Shown here: piece after piece, positions 1 to 14,077 of the stretch
Position numbering within the stretch: the stretch's first letter is position 1
How the letters are laid out: the number at the start of each line of letters is the position of its first letter
NCBI GenBank assembly: GCA_964016885.1
Contig: OZ024743.1
Span: 200,570,001 to 200,634,000, forward strand
DNA from: Eledone cirrhosa
Taxonomy: Eukaryota
Direction: 5' to 3'
DNA length: 64,000 nucleotides
Notes under the pieces: generated by a model
Databases searched by the model: none
What the model was told of the DNA's origin: nothing
The model's input: only the letters and a program-made list of their open reading frames with translations
Program-made: the position numbers and the translations under genes

Positions 1-3000
1 TGTCTGTGTGTGTGAGGATGTGTATGTGCATGTGTGTCTATATGTGTGTCTGTGGAAGTGTGTACACGTGTGTGAGTGTGTGTGTGTGTGAGCATGTGTA
101 TGTGCGTGTGTGTCTATACGTGTGTCTGTACAAATGTGTACACATGTGTGTGTGTGAGCATGTGTATGTGCGTGTGTGTCTATATGTGTGTCTGTGGAAG
201 TGTGTACACGTGTGTGAGTGTGTGTGTGTGTGAGCATGTGTATGTGCGTGTGTGTCTATACGTGTGTCTGTGAAAATGTGTACACATGTGTGTGTGTGAG
301 CATGTGTATGTGCGTGTGTCTGTGCAAGTGTGTACACGTGTGTGAGTGTGTGAGTGTATGTGTGTGTGAGCATGTGTATGTGCGTGTGTGTCTATATGTG
401 TGAATGTGCAAGTGTGTACACGTGTGTGTGTGTGAGAGCATGTGTATGTACAAGTGTGTCTATACGTGTGTCTGTGGAAGTGTGTACACGTGTGTGAGTA
501 TGTGTGTGTGTGTGTGTGTGTGTGTGAGCATGTGTATGTGCGTGTGTGTCTATATGTGTGAATGTGCAAGTGTGTAAACGTGTGTGTGTGTGAGCATGTG
601 TATGTGCGTGTGTGTCTATATGTGTGTCTGTGCAAGTGTGTACACGTGTGTGAGTGTGTGTGTGTGTGTGAGCACGTGTGTGTGCGTGTGTGTCTATATG
701 TGTGCCTGTGCAAGTGTGTACACGTGTGTATGTGCGTGTGTGTCTATATGTGTGCCTGTGCGAGTGTGTACACGTGTGTATGTGCGTGTGTGTCTATATG
801 TGTGAATGTGCAAGTGTGTACACATGTGTATGTGCGTGTGTGACTATATGTGTGCCTGTGCAAGTGTGTACACATGTGTATGTGCGTGTGTGTCTATATG
901 TGTGTCTGTGCAAGTGTGTACACATGTGTATGTGCGTGTGTGTCTATATGTGTGCCTGTGCAAGTGTGTACACATGTGTATGTGCGTGTGTGTCTATATG
1001 TGTGCCTGTGCAAGTGTGTACACATGTCTATGTGCGTGTGTGTCTATATGTGTGAATGTGCAAGTGTGTACACATGTGTATGTGCGTGTGTGTCTATATG
1101 TGTGTCTGTGCAAGTGTGTACACGTGTGTATGTGCGTGTGTGTCTATATGTGTGCCTGTGCAAGTGTGTACACATGTGTATGTGCGTGTGTGTCTATATG
1201 AGTGAATGTGCAAGTGTGTACACATGTGTATGTGCGTGTGTGTCTATATGTGTGTCTGTGCAAGTGTGTACACATGTGTATGTGCGTGTGTGTCTATATG
1301 TGTGCCTGTGCAAGTGTGTACACGTGTGTATGTGCGTGTGTGTCTATATGTGTGCCTGTGCAAGTGTGTACACATGTGTATGTGCGTGTGTGTCTATATG
1401 TGTGAATGTGCAAGTGTGTACACATGTGTATGTGCGTGTGTGTCTATATGTGTGTCTGTGCAAGTGTGTACACATGTGTATGTGCGTGTGTGTCTATATG
1501 TGTGTCTGTGCAAGTGTGTACACGTGTGTATGTGCGTGTGTGTCTATATGTGTGCCTGTGCAAGTGTGTACACATGTGTATGTGCGTGTGTGTCTATATG
1601 TGTGTCTGTGCAAGTGTGTACACATGTGTATGTGCGTGTGTGTCTATATGTGTGCCTGTGCAAGTGTGTACACGTGTGTATGTGCGTGTGTGTCTATATG
1701 TGTGAATGTGCAAGTGTGTACACGTGTGTGTGTGTGAGCATGTGTATGTGCGTGTGTGTCTATATGTGTGTCTGTGCAAGTGTGTACACGTGTGTGAGTG
1801 TGTGAGTGTGTGTGAGCACGTGTATGTGCGTGTGTGTCTATATGTGTGCCTGTGCAAGTGTGTACACATGTGTATGTGCGTGTGTGACTATATGTGTGCC
1901 TGTGCAAGTGTGTACACATGTGTATGTGCGTGTGTGTCTATATGTGTGTCTGTGCAAGTGTGTACACATGTGTATGTGCGTGTGTGTCTATATGTGTGCC
2001 TGTGCAAGTGTGTACACATGTGTATGTGCGTGTGTGTCTATATGTGTGAATATGCAAGTGTGTACACATGTGTATGTGCGTGTGTGTCTATATGTGTGTC
2101 TGTGCAAGTGTGTACACATGTGTATGTGCGTGTGTGTCTATATGTGTGCCTGTGCAAGTGTGTACACATGTGTATGTGCGTGTGTGTCTATATGTGTGTC
2201 TGTGCAAGTGTGTACACATGTGTATGTGCGTGTGTGTCTATATGTGTGCCTGTGCAAGTGTGTACACGTGTGTATGTGCGTGTGTGTCTATATGTGTGCC
2301 TGTGCAAGTGTGTACACGTGTGTATGTGCGTGTGTGTCTATATGTGTGAATGTGCAAGTGTGTACACGTGTGTGTGTGTGAGCATGTGTATGTGCGTGTG
2401 TGTCTATATGTGTGTCTGTGCAAGTGTGTACACGTGTGTGAGTGTGTGTGTGTGTGTGAGCACGTGTATGTGCGTGTGTGTCTATATGTGTGCCTGTGCA
2501 AGTGTGTACACATGTGTATGTGCGTGTGTTACTATATGTGTGCCTGTGCAAGTGTGTACACATGTGTATGTGCGTGTGTGTCTATATGTGTGTCTGTGCA
2601 AGTGTGTACACATGTGTATGTGCGTGTGTGTCTATATGTGTGCCTGTGCAAGTGTGTACACATGTGTATGTGCGTGTGTGTCTATATGTGTGCCTGTGCA
2701 AGTGTGTACACATGTGTGTGTGCGTGTGTGTCTATATGTGTGTCTGTGCAAGTGTGTACATGTGTGTATGTGCGTGTGTGTCTATATGTGTGCCTGTGCA
2801 AGTGTGTACACATGTGTATGTGCGTGTGTGTCTATATGTGTGTCTGTGCAAGTGTGTACACATGTGTATGTGGGTGTGTGTCTATATGTGTGCCTGTGCA
2901 AGTCTGTACACGTGTGTATGTGCGTGTGTGTCTATATGTGTGCCTGTGCAAGTGTGTACACGTGTGTATGTGCGTGTGTGTCTATATGTGTGCCTGTGCA

Positions 3001-5620
3001 AGTGTGTACACATGTGTATGTGCGTGTGTGTCTATATGTGTGTCTGTGCAAGTGTGTACACATATGTATGTGCGTGTGTGTCTATATGTGTGCCTGTGCA
3101 AGTGTGTACACATGTGTATTTGCGTGTGTGTGTGTGTGTGTGTCTGTGCAAGTGTTTACACGTGTGTATGTGCGTGTGTGGCTATATGTGTGTCTGTGCA
3201 AGTGTGTACACATGTGTATGTGCGTGTGTGTCTATATGTATGCCTGTGCAAGTGTGTACACATGTGTATGTGCGTGTGTGTCTATATGTGTGCCTGTGCA
3301 AGTGTGTACACATGTGTATGTGCGTGTGTGTCTATATGTGTGCCTGTGCAAGTGTGTACACATGTGTATGTGCGTGTGTGTCTATATGTGTGTCTGTGCA
3401 ATTGTGTACACATGTGTATGTGCGTGTGTGGCTATATGTGTGTCTGTGCAAGTGTGTACACATGTGTATGTGTGTGTGTCTATATGTGTGTCTGTGCAAC
3501 TGTGTACACGTGTGTATGTGCGTGTGTGTCTATATGTGTGTCTGTGCAAGTGTGTACACATGTGTATGTGCGTGTGTGTCTATATGTGTGCCTGTGCAAG
3601 TGTGTACACGTGTGTATGTGTGTGTGTGTCTATATGTGTGTCTGTACAAGTGTGTACACATGTGTATGTGCGTGTGTGTCTATATGTGTGCCTGTGCAAG
3701 TGTGTACACATGTGTATGTGCGTGTGTGTCTATATGTGTGCGTGTGCAAGTGTGTACACGTGTGTATGTTCGTGTGTGTCTATATGTGTGCCTGTGCAAG
3801 TGTGTACACGTGTGTATGTGCGTGTGTGTCTATATGTGTGTCTGTGCAAGTGTGTACACATGTGTATGTGCGTGTGTGTCTATATGTGTGCGTGTGCAAG
3901 TGTGTACACGTGTGTATGTGCGTGTGTGTCTATATGTGTGCCTGTGCAAGTGTGTACACGTGTGTATGTGCGTGTGTGTCTATATGTGTGTCTGTGCAAG
4001 TGTGTACACGTGTGTATGTGCGTGTGTGTCTATATGTGTCTGTGCAAGTGTGTACACGTGTGTGTGTGCTTGTGTGTCTATATGTGTGTCTGTGCAAGTG
4101 TGTACACATGTGTATTGGCGTGTGTGTCTATATGTGTGCATGTGCAAGTGTTTACACGTGTGTATGTGCGTGTGTGTCTATATGTGTGCCTGTGCAAGTG
4201 TGTACACCTGTGTATGTGCGTGTGTGTCTATATGTGTGTCTGTGCAAGTGTGTACACATGTGTATGTGCGTGTGTGTCTATATGTGTGAATGTGCAAGTG
4301 TGTACACATGTGTATGTGCGTGTGTGTCTATATGTGTGCCTGTGCAAGTGTGTACACGTGTGTATGTGCGTGTGTGTCTATATGTGTGCCTGTGCAAGTG
4401 TGTACACATGTGTATGTGCGTGTGTGTCTATATGTGTGCCTGTGCAAGTGTGTACACATGTGTATGTGCGTGTGTGTCTATATGTGTGTCTGTGCAAGTG
4501 TGTACACGTGTGTATGTGCGTGTGTGTCTATATGTGTGTCTGTGCAAGTGTGTACACGTGTGTATGTGCGTGTGTGTCTATATGTGTGTCTGTGCAAGTG
4601 TGTACACATGTGTATGTGCGTGTGTGTCTATATGTGTGCCTGTGCAAGTGTGTACACATGTGGATGTGCGTGTGTGTCTATATGTGTGCCTGTGCAAGTG
4701 TGTACACGTGTGTATGTGCGTGTGTGTCTATATGTGTGTCTGTGCAAGTGTGTACACATGTGTATGTGCGTGTGTGTCTATATGTGTGTCTGTGCAAGTG
4801 TGTACACATGTGTATGTGCGTGTGTGTCTATATGTGTGCCTGTGCAAGTGTGTACACATGTGTATGTGCGTGTGTGTCTATATGTGTGCCTGTGCAAGTG
4901 TGTACACGTGTGTATGTGCGTGTGTGTCTATATGTGTGTCTGTGCAAGTGTGTACACATGTGTATGTGCGTGTGTGTGTGTGTATATGTGTGCCTGTGCA
5001 AGTGTGTACACATGTGTATGTGCGTGTGTGTCTATATGTGTGCCTGTGCAAGTGTGTACACATGTGTATGTGCGTGTGTGTCTATATGTGTGCCTGTGCA
5101 AGTGTGTACACGTGTGTATGTGCGTGTGTGTCTATATGTGTGTATGTGCAAGTGTGTACACATGTGTATGTGCGTGTGTGTCTATATGTGTGCCTGTGCA
5201 GGTGTGTACACATGTGTATGTGCGTGTGTGTCTATATGTGTGTCTGTGCAAGTGTGTACACATGTGTATGTGCGTGTGTGTATATATGTGTGCCTGTGCA
5301 AGTGTGTACACGTGTGTATGTGCGTGTGTGTCTATATGTGTGTCTGTGCAAGTGTGTACACGTGTGTATGTGCGTGTGTGTCTATATGTGTGCCTGTGCA
5401 AGTGTGTACACATGTGTATGTGCGTGTGTGTCTATATGTATGCCTGTGCAAGTGTGTACACATGTGTATGTGCGTGTGTGTGTGTGTGTGTCTGTGCAAG
5501 TGTGTACACGTGTGTATGTGCGTGTGTGTCTATATGTATGCCTGTGCAAGTGTGTACACATGTGTATGTGCGTGTGTGTGTGTGTGTGTGTCTGTGCAAG
5601 TGTGTACACGTGTGTGTGTA
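1..5620. repeat. Satellite/minisatellite with a 50-bp unit derived from (TG)n
   Basis: Unit TGTCTATATGTGTGYCTGTGCAAGTGTGTACACRTGTGTATGTGCGTGTG repeats about 100 times from ~680 to 5620. Units in 1-680 are longer and more degenerate. The long C/V/M/Y ORFs are by-products. Confidence 0.97.
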
Positions 5621-6065
5621 TATTTGAGAATATAGGCGAGAAGGAAAGAAAGAAGCCAGAAAGGAGGTCTACGAGGCAAGATATATTATTTAATCTTACG
5701 TAGCCTCGTTATCTGTGACAAGGTTACATAGATTTGCAAACTGATCTCCTTCGTGGGTCACAGTGACTGGCCCCAAAACCTGACCTTTAAGAAACACCGT
5801 AATAATACATGAAATATACATATATATGTGTGTGTGTGTGTGTGTGTGCGTGTGTGTGTGCGTGTGTGTGCGTGCGTGTTAAGTATACATATATACCAAC
5901 ACACACACACACACATATATACATACATACATACCTATATATATATATATTATGTATGTGAGCACACAACATATATATATATATATGAGCACACAACACA
6001 CACACAGAAACAAGATGGCGTAGGACAGCACAAAGGAGAGGCACAAAATCAAAGAAAAGAATCCC

Positions 6066-6110
6066 CAGTCACTGAAGAGGTCACAGAATGTGTGACGAAA
6101 TAACTTTGAC
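6066..6110 (+). ncRNA. Hammerhead-like motif with imperfect helix III
   Basis: gtca-CTGAAGA-ggtcac agaatgt gtgac-GAAA-taac-TT-tgac: helices I and II pair, but the 15.2/16.2 pair is mismatched. A degenerate second copy lies at ~7535-7577. Confidence 0.45.
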
Positions 6111-6261
6111 AATATATAAACAACCATCTGGTTGTGGAACCAACCAACCAACCGGATATTTATAAATTCCTAAATTTATAAATTTATTATAATAAATTGA
6201 AGTGAAAGCAACTGGTGCGTGTGTTTCTTATTGGCAACATCACCTTCCCAAAGTATAACAC

Positions 6262-6294
<33 letters not shown>

Positions 6295-6450
6295 AATATA
6301 TATATGTGTGTGTATAAATATATTAATATATGTGTGCGCATATATACATGCATAAATACATACATACATACACACTGATATATATTTGTTTGTATGTATG
6401 TATGTATGTATGTATGTATGTGTGTGTGTGGGGGGGGGGGGGGGGTGCGC

Positions 6451-6488
<38 letters not shown>

Positions 6489-8433
6489 ATTCGAATAAAC
6501 GTGACAAATTATATGCACAAAAACACCACAAATGTGTGTACAGAGAACATTTTTACGCCGAATGTAAAGAAAGGGAAAGTATCTGACGTTTTGGACTAAA
6601 TCCGTCATCGGAGTAGAGTAAAAGAACTGTTAAGAATGAAATAAAGAAGTGATGGAACTGTGCCAAGCACTTCCAATATTTGCTTTTATTTTTTGCAATC
6701 GTAATTTGTAAAATGGTAATTGAATCCAATATATATAAACAAAATTTGGAATTTATTCACGTATCTGTTATTAAAGATAGAAACAAACATTGAATCAAAA
6801 ATGTATATTAAAGATTTCTAATATAGGCACAAGGCCACTTAATTAATGTAAAGAGACTGTATATGATAATATTAAACCCTTCCCTCCTCAAGAACAGTAT
6901 TTGATAGGTTCGTATTTGAAAAAATATATAAAATAAAACAAAATGATATATATTAACAATAAGAAAAATGTCCCTAAATAATACGATGGTATTTATAAAC
7001 AAGTAAACAAATGAATTGATTAGTAATATAACGGTCAAACCTCTGCAATACAGTATAGAATTACAACGTTTGTCGTAGAGTCAGTGTGGGAGTTGACAAG
7101 TACCTTATCACGTGGTCTTATTTTCACGACAACGCAATGAAATCATTTGTCATTATGACGAATCAAATCCACATTTTTATTTTAAAAAACAATTATTAAT
7201 AGTTTTTTTTAGAAAATACTTTAAACTTTGTGGCGATGTATTTATTTGGAAAGGTTTTTATATGAAATCGTGTGTCGAAACAGGCATTGTTATATTTGGG
7301 AGGGTCATGTTTGTCCTAATATTGCTAAAAATATAGTAAAACACACTCACTGTTTGGTTTGGTTTGGTTTTCACTTCAGTATATTTTTATATTTCTATAA
7401 ATAATTTAGCTGGCAATCATTGTTTATTGACCAACAGTTAAAAATATAAATATAAATCTAATTTCTCAAAGTTAATAAAAATAAAATAAAGTAAAAACGT
7501 TATAGGAGCACAACGGGGGGAGGGGACATGATAATCACTAAAGATGTCACAGATATGTGTGACGAAATAACTTTGAGAAAATTATATTTAATTAAATTAA
7601 TGATAAACATGGCGGGATATATAGCGTTAGAAAGATAGGTTAGGTGAATAAAAATAGAGACTGTATGTGGCGATAGTGGAGTGAGTGAATGAGTGAGAGA
7701 GTGTACGATTTAGGGAGGAAGTGGGCAAGTGATAAAATGTATGAGTGAGGGAAAGATTAAGTGAATAGGTGAAGAGGGTTTAGGGAACGATTGAGAGAAT
7801 GAGTGATTGTGTGGATGATATAGAGAGAGTGAGTGGGATTATGTGGAGGAACGAATGGGTTAGTTAGTGACAGAATTTGATGGTGGACAAAGAGAAAAGT
7901 ATAACGCATTGACTGTGATTGGAAGAAATAAAAATATATAGAGAGTATATAACTAATTATATAGAGAAAGGATAGAGAGAGAGAGAAAGGAAACCTAAGA
8001 GAAGAGAGGGGAAAAGAGGGGTAGAAAAGAGAGACAAAATGGCGGGTGGATATATATATATATATATATGGATAGATAGATATAGATAGATAGATAAATA
8101 GATAGATAAAGATAGATATTTTGGGGAGAATATATATAACTATATGGATAGATAGAGAGATAAATAAATAGATAGATAGATATATAGATAGATATGTGTC
8201 TTTATTAGCCACAGGGGCACAAAAAAAGGGGACAAATACAAAGGGGGAAGTTTACATACAATAAAAACGTGTAAAATGTTATCACAAATGCAATTGAAAA
8301 AGTTAGTCGATTTTCCCCAATAGGGGGAGACAGTTTATATGGGTAACACATACCGCCGAAAAAATGTGAAACCCTCATCTCCAGGAGTACGAAGAGTTTG
8401 TACTCCTTTCCTCTCCTCCTCCTTTTCCTCAAC

Positions 8434-11400
8434 CTACAGGCTGATATAGAGAGAAGGCCCATTCACTCGGGCCATTCTCGCCACTTTCACCCACCTTTCA
8501 TAAAACTTGCTGGGGTACAGCACCTCTCTCTCCATCCTGATTCTTCTTCCAAAGTGGTATTTGAAAAAAAGAATCAGTTGTTGGCCGGAGAGAAAGGTGT
8601 CTGACCTCAGCCCTTTCAACCTTCTCCACCATACAATCTCTTTCGCCATAGTTATCACACAAAGGAAAACCGCCTCTCCTTCGTTTTTGAAGGAGGGAGG
8701 CGGTTTGATCATGACAATGGACTCGGTGGTCAACCGGATTGGTCCCACCCGCGACAATAGTCGTTCTACATAGCCCCACAGGTCAGTGACGCCCGGGCAG
8801 TGTATGAATGCGTGCGCGACGGTTTCTTCGTCTCGCACGCACCTCGGACAGATCTTTTTTGCAGGGTCCCTGCCCGGGCGCCCATGTCTGTAGAGCTTGT
8901 CTCGAACTGGTAGAGCTCCTCAGTAGCACTGCCAGGCCAGTAACGTTTGGAAGTTGTCCATCGGTCCCGGGCGGAAGGTCCTACCGAACAGACTGGCCAG
9001 TTCATCTTCCTCTACACCTAGAGTTTCACCTACGGATCAACCCTCTATAGAATGACGAAGTGGAGTCTCCACTGATCGCCGGGTCCGCCTGCCAGAGGGC
9101 TGTCAGTGCCTGAGCACATTCGATGTGCCAGTCGGCCATTTTCCTCGGTCTTTGCTTGACCCAGGACTGCAGCTTGGTCAGCGAGACGAGTCGTGGGAAG
9201 GCTCGCCTCACGAACGGGGCCCACACCGGTTGTCCGGTGAGGAATACGTAGAGATGCCGCAGCCTGAGCGCGTGTTTGCGCATCGTCAACCACAGCAACC
9301 CCAGCCCTCCGTTAGAAGGGTGTTGGCAGCAGATGGATCTTCTCACCAAAGGAGCCCGCCTCTTCCAAAGGAATTGGAAGAGCGCGCGCTCCATTTTGGC
9401 GAGCGTTTTGGCTGGACAAGGCACGACGGTCAAGCGGTAGTAGATGGCGGACGCTATAAAAGTGTTCGCCACCTCCGCTCGACCTTTCAAGGATAGTTTG
9501 GACTCGGCCCACTTCTGGGTGAGTGCAAACACCTTGGCCGTCACTTCGTTCCAGTTCTTCTCCACCTGGAGGTCCGGACCAAACCAGACACCGAGCAGCT
9601 CTACCGGTCCTTCCATCCAGCGTCCGACGACGCCATCGGAAGGCATCGGTTTGCCTCTCCACGATCCGAGTTGCAAACCGATGGACTTGTCCCGGTTCAG
9701 CTTCGCTCCTGTGAAACTTTCGTATTCCTCCAGTAAGGTGCCGACTTCTTCGATTTGCGAGGCGCTCGACACCATTACTGTCACGTCGTCGGCGTAGGCA
9801 CACGCCGCTTTCCGCAGTCCCGGTTCCAGAGGGATGCCCTGCAATAGCTCCAACTTCCGCAGTAGTGGCTCGAGAGTCAGTACGTACAGAGGGGAGGAGA
9901 GAAGGGATCCCTGTCGAATGGATCGCGTAATATGGAACGGCTCACAGATGTTGCTGTTGTGCATTGCAGCAATCCAGCCCCTGAACACGGGTCCGAAGCC
10001 TGCCGCCTCGAGCACCGCATCCAGGTAACGATGGTCAACCCCATCGAAAGCCTTAGACAGATCCAAGTTGATCAGGGCCCCACCGAAGCCGGGTTTACAC
10101 CCTACCCTCTCTATGATGTATCGCATGAGGTGGAGGTTGTCGTGTATGGACCTGGTCGGGATTGCGCATGTCTGCGCTTCTCCCACCAGGTTCTCAACGA
10201 CAAGCCTCTTTGCCAACACCTTGGCCAAAATCTGTAACTCTGTGTTTAGCAGAGTTATGGGCCGGAAGTTGCCTATGTCATCCCCCTTATTCTCGTCCTT
10301 CCTGATTAGTGTGACCACGCCCCCGGTTACAGAACTGGGAATTCTCTCGTTCTGTTGCCAGTTGCAGTAGACCCTTCCAGGAGACCGGAGAATAAGTCCG
10401 TCATTGTTACGTAAAATTCGTAGGGTAGACCGTCGAGACCTGGAGATTTGCGTTTGCCGCATTGGCTCAGCGCGTCCCCTATCTCAGTGGCTGAAATCGG
10501 CTTTTCGCAGAACTTTGCCTCGCTGTCCGAGAGTCGCGGTAGGCCGTCGAAGTATGGACCGAAATCCATAGCCTCTCCCGGCGCGCCGCTCCCCCCGAAC
10601 AGGCGAGCAAAGTGCCGCTGAAAAGCCGCACACATCTGCTTCGGCTCACGTATCACGCGTCCGTTTTGGTCCTTCAAAGACCGAATCGTGGACTTGTTGC
10701 CACTTTTTGCCTCTGTCACTCGGGCCCAGCTAACAGCTTTGGCCCCCTCGTTTCCCAGAGCACGTATTTTGCTTCTGACAACGCAGCCCTCGTGCTTTGC
10801 GTCGAAGAACTGGTCCAAGGCCGTTCTCGTTGCTAGCACGCTGGCTACGTTGCCACTTCTAATTGCCTCTTCTACTTTATCTACCAGTTCCTTCTCGGTT
10901 CTATTTCTATCTAACGCTAATTCTTTACTAAAAACTATCGAGTCTAATCTAACTGCCCTCTTGAGAGAGTACCACCATCTGTTGTTGACAATGGCCCCTG
11001 TCAAGTGCTGTTTAACTAAAGTGCTAATCCGTCTACTGTAGGCTTTGCTTGTCGGTAACGACAAGTTCAGCTTCCAGTAGCCGGGTCCTTGTCTATGGGT
11101 TCTATCAAGGTTGGCCATGCAGGTCACTAGTTTGTGATCTGAATAGGCAACCATGAACATTTGTGGACAGCTTAACATGTCCCTATCCTTATTTCTAACT
11201 AGAACCCTATCTAGGTACGATCTAGATGTTCCGCTACGATTACCCACGTCCACAGTGGCGCAGTCGGAAAATCTAGTCGATATCTATCGGCCAGGTCAAA
11301 TCGGTCGATTAACTGTTTGAGGCTGTTACACCCCCCTTTATCGGGACATGCTCCCACATAGTCCCAACGTGCATCTAGGATTCCATTCCAGTCCCCCACT

Positions 11401-11813
11401 AAAAGCAAGGAGCGGGACGTTCCCAGAAAAGTCTCTAGACGTTTGAAGAAGTCTGGCCCCGGTGTCCCGGATGGGGCATATGCGGCCACCAGCCTGAAGG
11501 CTCCACCTTCACTACCGTCAACGTCTAGGACCACCAGTCGACCCTCCGGGTCCAGATGTACCGTCTGTGTTACGAGGCCCAGGTGTTTCCGCAGCAAAAC
11601 GGCAACTCCGCCCCCACCCCCCGGTTGACAGAGAGATGCGTAGATCTCAAAGTCATCGAAGATGGGGGCCAGCTGTCGCTCGCCGTGGATCCTGGACTCG
11701 CAAATGGCTACCACATCCATACTGTGCGACCTGAGGTCGTTTAAGAGTTTTCCCTGTTTCCAGGGCATCCCCAGGCCGCGTACATTCACACATCCAACTC
11801 TTATATTGGCCAT
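8434..11813 (-). pseudogene. Tx1 ORF2 (APE endonuclease + reverse transcriptase), several frameshifts and small deletions
   Basis: Motifs NVRGL, GDWN, YLDRVLV, SDHK, GPGYWKLN, SPGLDGLPYEFY, FRPITLLN, YADD and ETVAHAFIHC occur across ORFs 11211..11813, 10327..11253, 9026..10462 and 8434..8838. Confidence 0.95.
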
Positions 11814-11846
11814 GTTGGTGCTGAAAAGTTAAAAGAGGAAAAGAGA

Positions 11847-13767
11847 TCACTCACCCTTCGCCTCCTGGGGACCAGGCCGCACGATTTCCATGGGGGTGTT
11901 GGAGGGGTTGTCTGGATGGGTGGTGGTTTCCGGCGGGGTGGGGACGCAGACGTTTGGTGGGGTGGGGTCTGGTGGGATGGGGGTGTCTGAGGTGGGGAGG
12001 CATTTGAGAAGGACGCGGTTGAGTGGTTTCACGCAGGAATTACCCACATCCTTCTCAAATGTTTCTTTTAGGGATCTATAAGTTTGTATAGGGACCCTAA
12101 TCAGTTTTAGGTTCAGTTTTTTGCTATTTTTTATAGAGTGGGCGAAAGTTTTCCCTTTGGTGAAAACCGAAGGGTCGTTCGTGATGGTCTCCATTAGTGT
12201 TTTGTTTTCAGTGTTTATGTAAGTGTAAGTGTAATTTTCTTGTGTTGTGTTTGTTTTTGTCTGTAGTTCTTGTGTGTGCTTTCGTTTCGTTGTAGGTATT
12301 TTGTTTTCAGGAGGTGGGGGTTTTGTTTGTGATATTTTTGTTGTTTGTGTTGGTGGTTGTATGTTTGTGGTAGTGTTTGCTGGTTTTTTGCTTTTGTGAT
12401 GTCTTTTCTTTCTTTTCGAGCGATGGGGTTCTCCCTCGTCTTCACTGGGTGATGGCGAGATAGCCTCATCTGTTGTATCGTCTGTGTGATTGGGGAGGGG
12501 TATGTCTTGGGGAGCTGTTGTGTCTGTATGTGATTTTGCAGTGGTTTTAGGTGGAGTGGGGTTGGGTGGGACTGTGTTTGTTGTGGTTATTTTTGTGTGT
12601 TGGTGTTGTTGTTGTTGTTGTGGTGGTGTTGGTGCTTGTGTTGTTTTGATGGGTGTCGGCAGAAGAGCCTTTTTTTGGTTCATTAGTTTAGGACAGGAAG
12701 CCCTCAGGTGACCCCTGCTAAAGCAATGGTAACATGAAGGCCACCTACCCTCAACCGAAAGGTTTATGTAGGTGAGTCCGTCCAGGAGTACACGCTGTGG
12801 GATCATAGCTATTCGTTCTGGGCTCATTTGCACCAGAACTTCAATGCTAGTCCCATTGAATACATCTCTGAGGGACTTTCCTACTGACAGTATTCTGTCT
12901 TCATCAAAATTGATGAAGCCGCACAGTATCCACCATATGTTCACCTTTGGTGTGACACTTGTGATTCTGATCTTTTCTGTCCTTTTTCCCATGTATGTAG
13001 GGAAAAAGGTGTACAGGTTGGATACAATTGGCGACACAGAGTAATTTTGGGCCGTCAATTGATCCTTCATGAGTACCGAAATACTCCCAAAAAGTTTGCT
13101 TCTTTGAATGAATGCAATATCATTCATTGAATCTTTGAAAACCAGTTCAATATCTTTCTGTGACAATTGGACTGGTTTTCGGGTAGAATTGGAAACTGTC
13201 CTAAAAACTATCGTTTTGAGAGCAGTTTCCTTGCGAATTTCTACCGGAGAATTGATGCTGAAAGCACCATTTTTTTTCGAAGGTGACATATCTCTTAGCG
13301 TCCTTTAAAAGGTGTTCAGCATTTGTTATGTCGAGATATATCAATCGTTCTTTCTTTTGAACTTTCTCCGCAAAGGAGATTTTTGGTTTGTTTGTGGAAT
13401 CCGTATTGGTGGTGTTGTCATTATTGTTGTTATTTTTGTTGTTGTTCTTGTTGTCACCGATGTTGGTATCATCCGTATTTTCCTTGGTGTTGTTGTTGTC
13501 TTTGATGCTGGTGTTATTGGCGTTGTCTTTATTTTTTTCTTTGTTGTTGTTATCATTGTTGCTTTTATCATCATTATTGGTGTTGCTGTTATTTTTGTTG
13601 TCATTGAACTGTTTGGTGTCATTTGTGTTGTTTGGATATGAATTCGTTTTTTTATTTTCATTTTGTCTTTCCATCTCTATAGTATCTAGTGAAGAAGACG
13701 TTGTTGACTGCGAGCTTTGTAGTCTTACCGCCTCTCCACCACCATTATCGTTGGACGCAGCGTTCAT
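11847..13767 (-). pseudogene. Tx1 ORF1 (Asn-rich N-terminus, zinc knuckle, Pro/Thr-rich C-terminus), one frameshift
   Basis: ORFs 13201..13767 and 11847..13289 join across an A8 run at ~13270-13277. CYHCFSRGHLRASC is a CX2CX4HX4C knuckle. Homologous to ORF 18988..19458. Confidence 0.88.
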
Positions 13768-13987
13768 AACGTAATCAAAATTTTACAATATTTTTTTCCA
13801 AGATTCGATGGAGAAAAATTTTTTAAATGGATATTCCGCCCCTGTAGGGGCGAAAATGAGTTGACCCACCAGCTGAAGGTCCAGACGGGCGTGTCAAGTT
13901 ACACAATGATATAAAATTTAACTAAAAACTCACGTTTTTTTCTTACATAAATTAACGGAAACTTCTCCGCGAAGTGACACACGACTG

Positions 13988-13993
13988 ATAGAG

Positions 13994-14076
<83 letters not shown>
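13988..14076. repeat. (GATA)n microsatellite between stacked Tx1 copies
   Basis: About 20 GATA units. Similar tracts at ~8070-8195, 14505-14527, 20139-20200, 21143-21265, 56196-56272 and 57899-57932. Confidence 0.95.

Positions 14077-14077
<1 letters not shown>

Larger units (their letters stand above)
8197..13987 (-). mobile_element. Near full-length, degenerate Tx1/L1-clade non-LTR retrotransposon (subfamily A)
   Basis: 5' UTR, ORF1 with CCHC knuckle, ORF2 with APE endonuclease, RT and C-terminal Cys/His motif, then AATAAA followed by (TATC)n. (GATA)n on both flanks. Confidence 0.95.

Noticed and set aside
1706-5703. 1309-aa and 1117-aa Cys/Val-rich ORFs
   Set aside because: All three frames are open because the 50-bp TG-rich unit lacks stops; no domain or codon structure.
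6575-6620. Hammerhead-like remnant on the minus strand (also at ~46735-46770, ~52660-52700 and ~55450-55495)
   Set aside because: Each has two or more core or helix defects; plausible decayed copies, but not supportable individually.
11821-11854. Mini-intron fusing ORF1 to ORF2
   Set aside because: Only 34 nt (37 nt in the other copy), and removal leaves the ORF2 ATG out of frame with ORF1 in this copy. Only the acceptor is kept as a hypothesis.
13265-13290. Programmed ribosomal frameshift in Tx1 ORF1
   Set aside because: The homologous region in the 18988..19458 copy is in frame (VSFGENGEF), so an extra A in a homopolymer (mutation or sequencing error) is the simpler explanation.
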